From Octopus sinensis (Eukaryota), in NCBI RefSeq assembly GCF_006345805.1, contig NC_043000.1, positions 10,726,001 through 10,790,000 of the forward strand: 64,000 nucleotides of DNA, read 5' to 3'. Below, piece after piece: positions 62,667 to 64,000 of the stretch (position 1 is its first letter; every line of letters begins with the position of its first letter). The position numbers and the translations under genes were made by a program. The notes under the pieces are model-generated. The model was given only the letters and a program-made list of their open reading frames with translations, made no database searches and was not told where the DNA came from.

Positions 62667-62926
62667 TATATACATATATAGGCGCAGGCATGGCTGTATG
62701 GTAAAAAGCTTGCAAGCTGGCAGAAACGTTAGCATGCCGGGCGAAATGCTTAGTGGTATTTCGTCTGCTGCTATGTTCTGAGTTCCAATTCCGCCGAGGT
62801 CGACTTTGCCTTTCATCCTTTCGGGGTCGATTAAATAAGTACCAGTTACACACTGGGGTCGATGTAATCGACTTAATCTGTTTATCTGTCCTTGTTTGTT
62901 CCCTCTGTGTTCTGTGTTTAGCCCCT

Positions 62927-63447
62927 TCATCATCATCATCATCATTTAGCGTCCGTTTTCCATGCTAGCATGGGTTGGACGGTTCAACTGTGGTCTGTGA
63001 AGCCAGAAGGCTTCATCAGGCCCAGTCAGATCTGGCAGTGTTTCTATGGCTGGATGCCCTTCCTAACGCCAACCACTCCGTGAGTGTAGTGGGTGCTTTT
63101 TACGTGCCACCCGCACAGGTGCCAGACAGAGCTGGCAAACGGCCACGAAAGGATGGTGCTTTTACGTGCCATTGGCACAGGGGCCAGGCGAGGCTGGCAA
63201 CGGACATGAACGGATGGTGCTTTTACGTGCCACCGGCACGGGGGCCAGGCGAGGCTGGCAACGGACACGAGCGGATGGTGCTTTTGGCAACGGACATGAA
63301 CGGATGGTGCTTTTACGTGCCACCAGCACGGGGGCCAGGCAAGGCTGGCAGCGGACACGAATGGATGGTGCTTTTACGTGCCACCGGCACGGGGGCCAGG
63401 CGAGGCTGGCTACAGACACAAGCGGATGGTGCTTTTACGTGCCACCT
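62927..63447 (-). mobile_element. Family R element with about 5.5 copies of the 61-bp VNTR
   Basis: (CAT)n, the conserved tail, then tandem ttttacgtgccaccggcacgggggccaggcgaggctggcaacggacacgagcggatggtgc units. Confidence 0.85.
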
Positions 63448-64000
63448 ACCTTCCTACTTATTAGGACTTTGGTTTTGGCTAGGTTGATTCTAACCTTGCT
63501 TCCACACCTGAAACTTCTCCTCCAGTTCTGATAGAGACTCAGCAATTAGAGCAAGGTCATCAGCATAGAGGAGCTCCCAGGGGCATCCAGTCTTGAATTC
63601 CTCCGTTATTGCCTGGAGGACTATGATAAATAGGAGGGCACTGAGGACTGAACCTTGGTGGACCTCAACCTCTACCCTGAATTCTTCACTGTACTCGATG
63701 CCAACCCTCACCTTACTAGCAGCGTCTCTGTACATGGCTTGTACAGCTCTCACTAACCATTCATCTATCTCTAGTTTCCTCATTGACCACCAGATAAGGG
63801 ATCGGGGGACCCTGTTGAAGGCTTTCTCCATATCAACAAAAGCCAGGTATAGGGGCTTGTCTTTGGCTAGGTATTTCTCCTGCAGCTGTCTTACCAGGAA
63901 AATAGCATCAGTAGTACTTTTCCCTGGCACGAACCCAAACTGCATCTGATCTAAACTAACTCTCTCTCTAATTAGTTGGGCTATAACCCTCTCCGTAACC
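63448..64000 (-). mobile_element. RTE-clade LINE reverse transcriptase (runs off the window)
   Basis: ORF 63490-63945: QFGFVPGKSTTDAIF...LAFVDMEKAF...VHQGSVLSALLF...LLYADDLALIA, typical RTE RT motifs. Confidence 0.92.

Overview
AT-rich, repeat-dense eukaryotic genomic DNA. The SINE and microsatellite content looks like an octopus or other coleoid cephalopod; this is inferred from repeat style, not a database hit. The left half carries the 3' two-thirds of USO1 (general vesicular transport factor p115) on the + strand. Fifteen coding exons between 3540 and 31519 have consistent phases and give 662 aa plus a stop: the end of the armadillo head, the coiled-coil tail and the acidic C-terminus. 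The 5' exons lie upstream of the window. One USO1 intron (11747-12982) has U12 minor-spliceosome signals. About 27 kb of intergenic, repeat-rich DNA follows, then a probable first coding exon of an AT-hook protein (58420-58509). Mobile DNA includes several tRNA-head SINE families, RTE LINE fragments, RTE-type 3' ends with an internal ~61-bp VNTR, Helitron-like non-autonomous elements, piggyBac-, pogo- and Merlin-like MITEs, and a DD37D/maT transposase relic. Several decayed minimal type I hammerhead-ribozyme-like folds occur in Penelope-like fragments. Most ORFs in the supplied track are microsatellite or repeat artefacts. I found no single unambiguous new system; the best leads are the hammerhead-like relics, the fold-back Helitron terminus, the Merlin-like fold-back MITE, the U12 intron and two microexon candidates.
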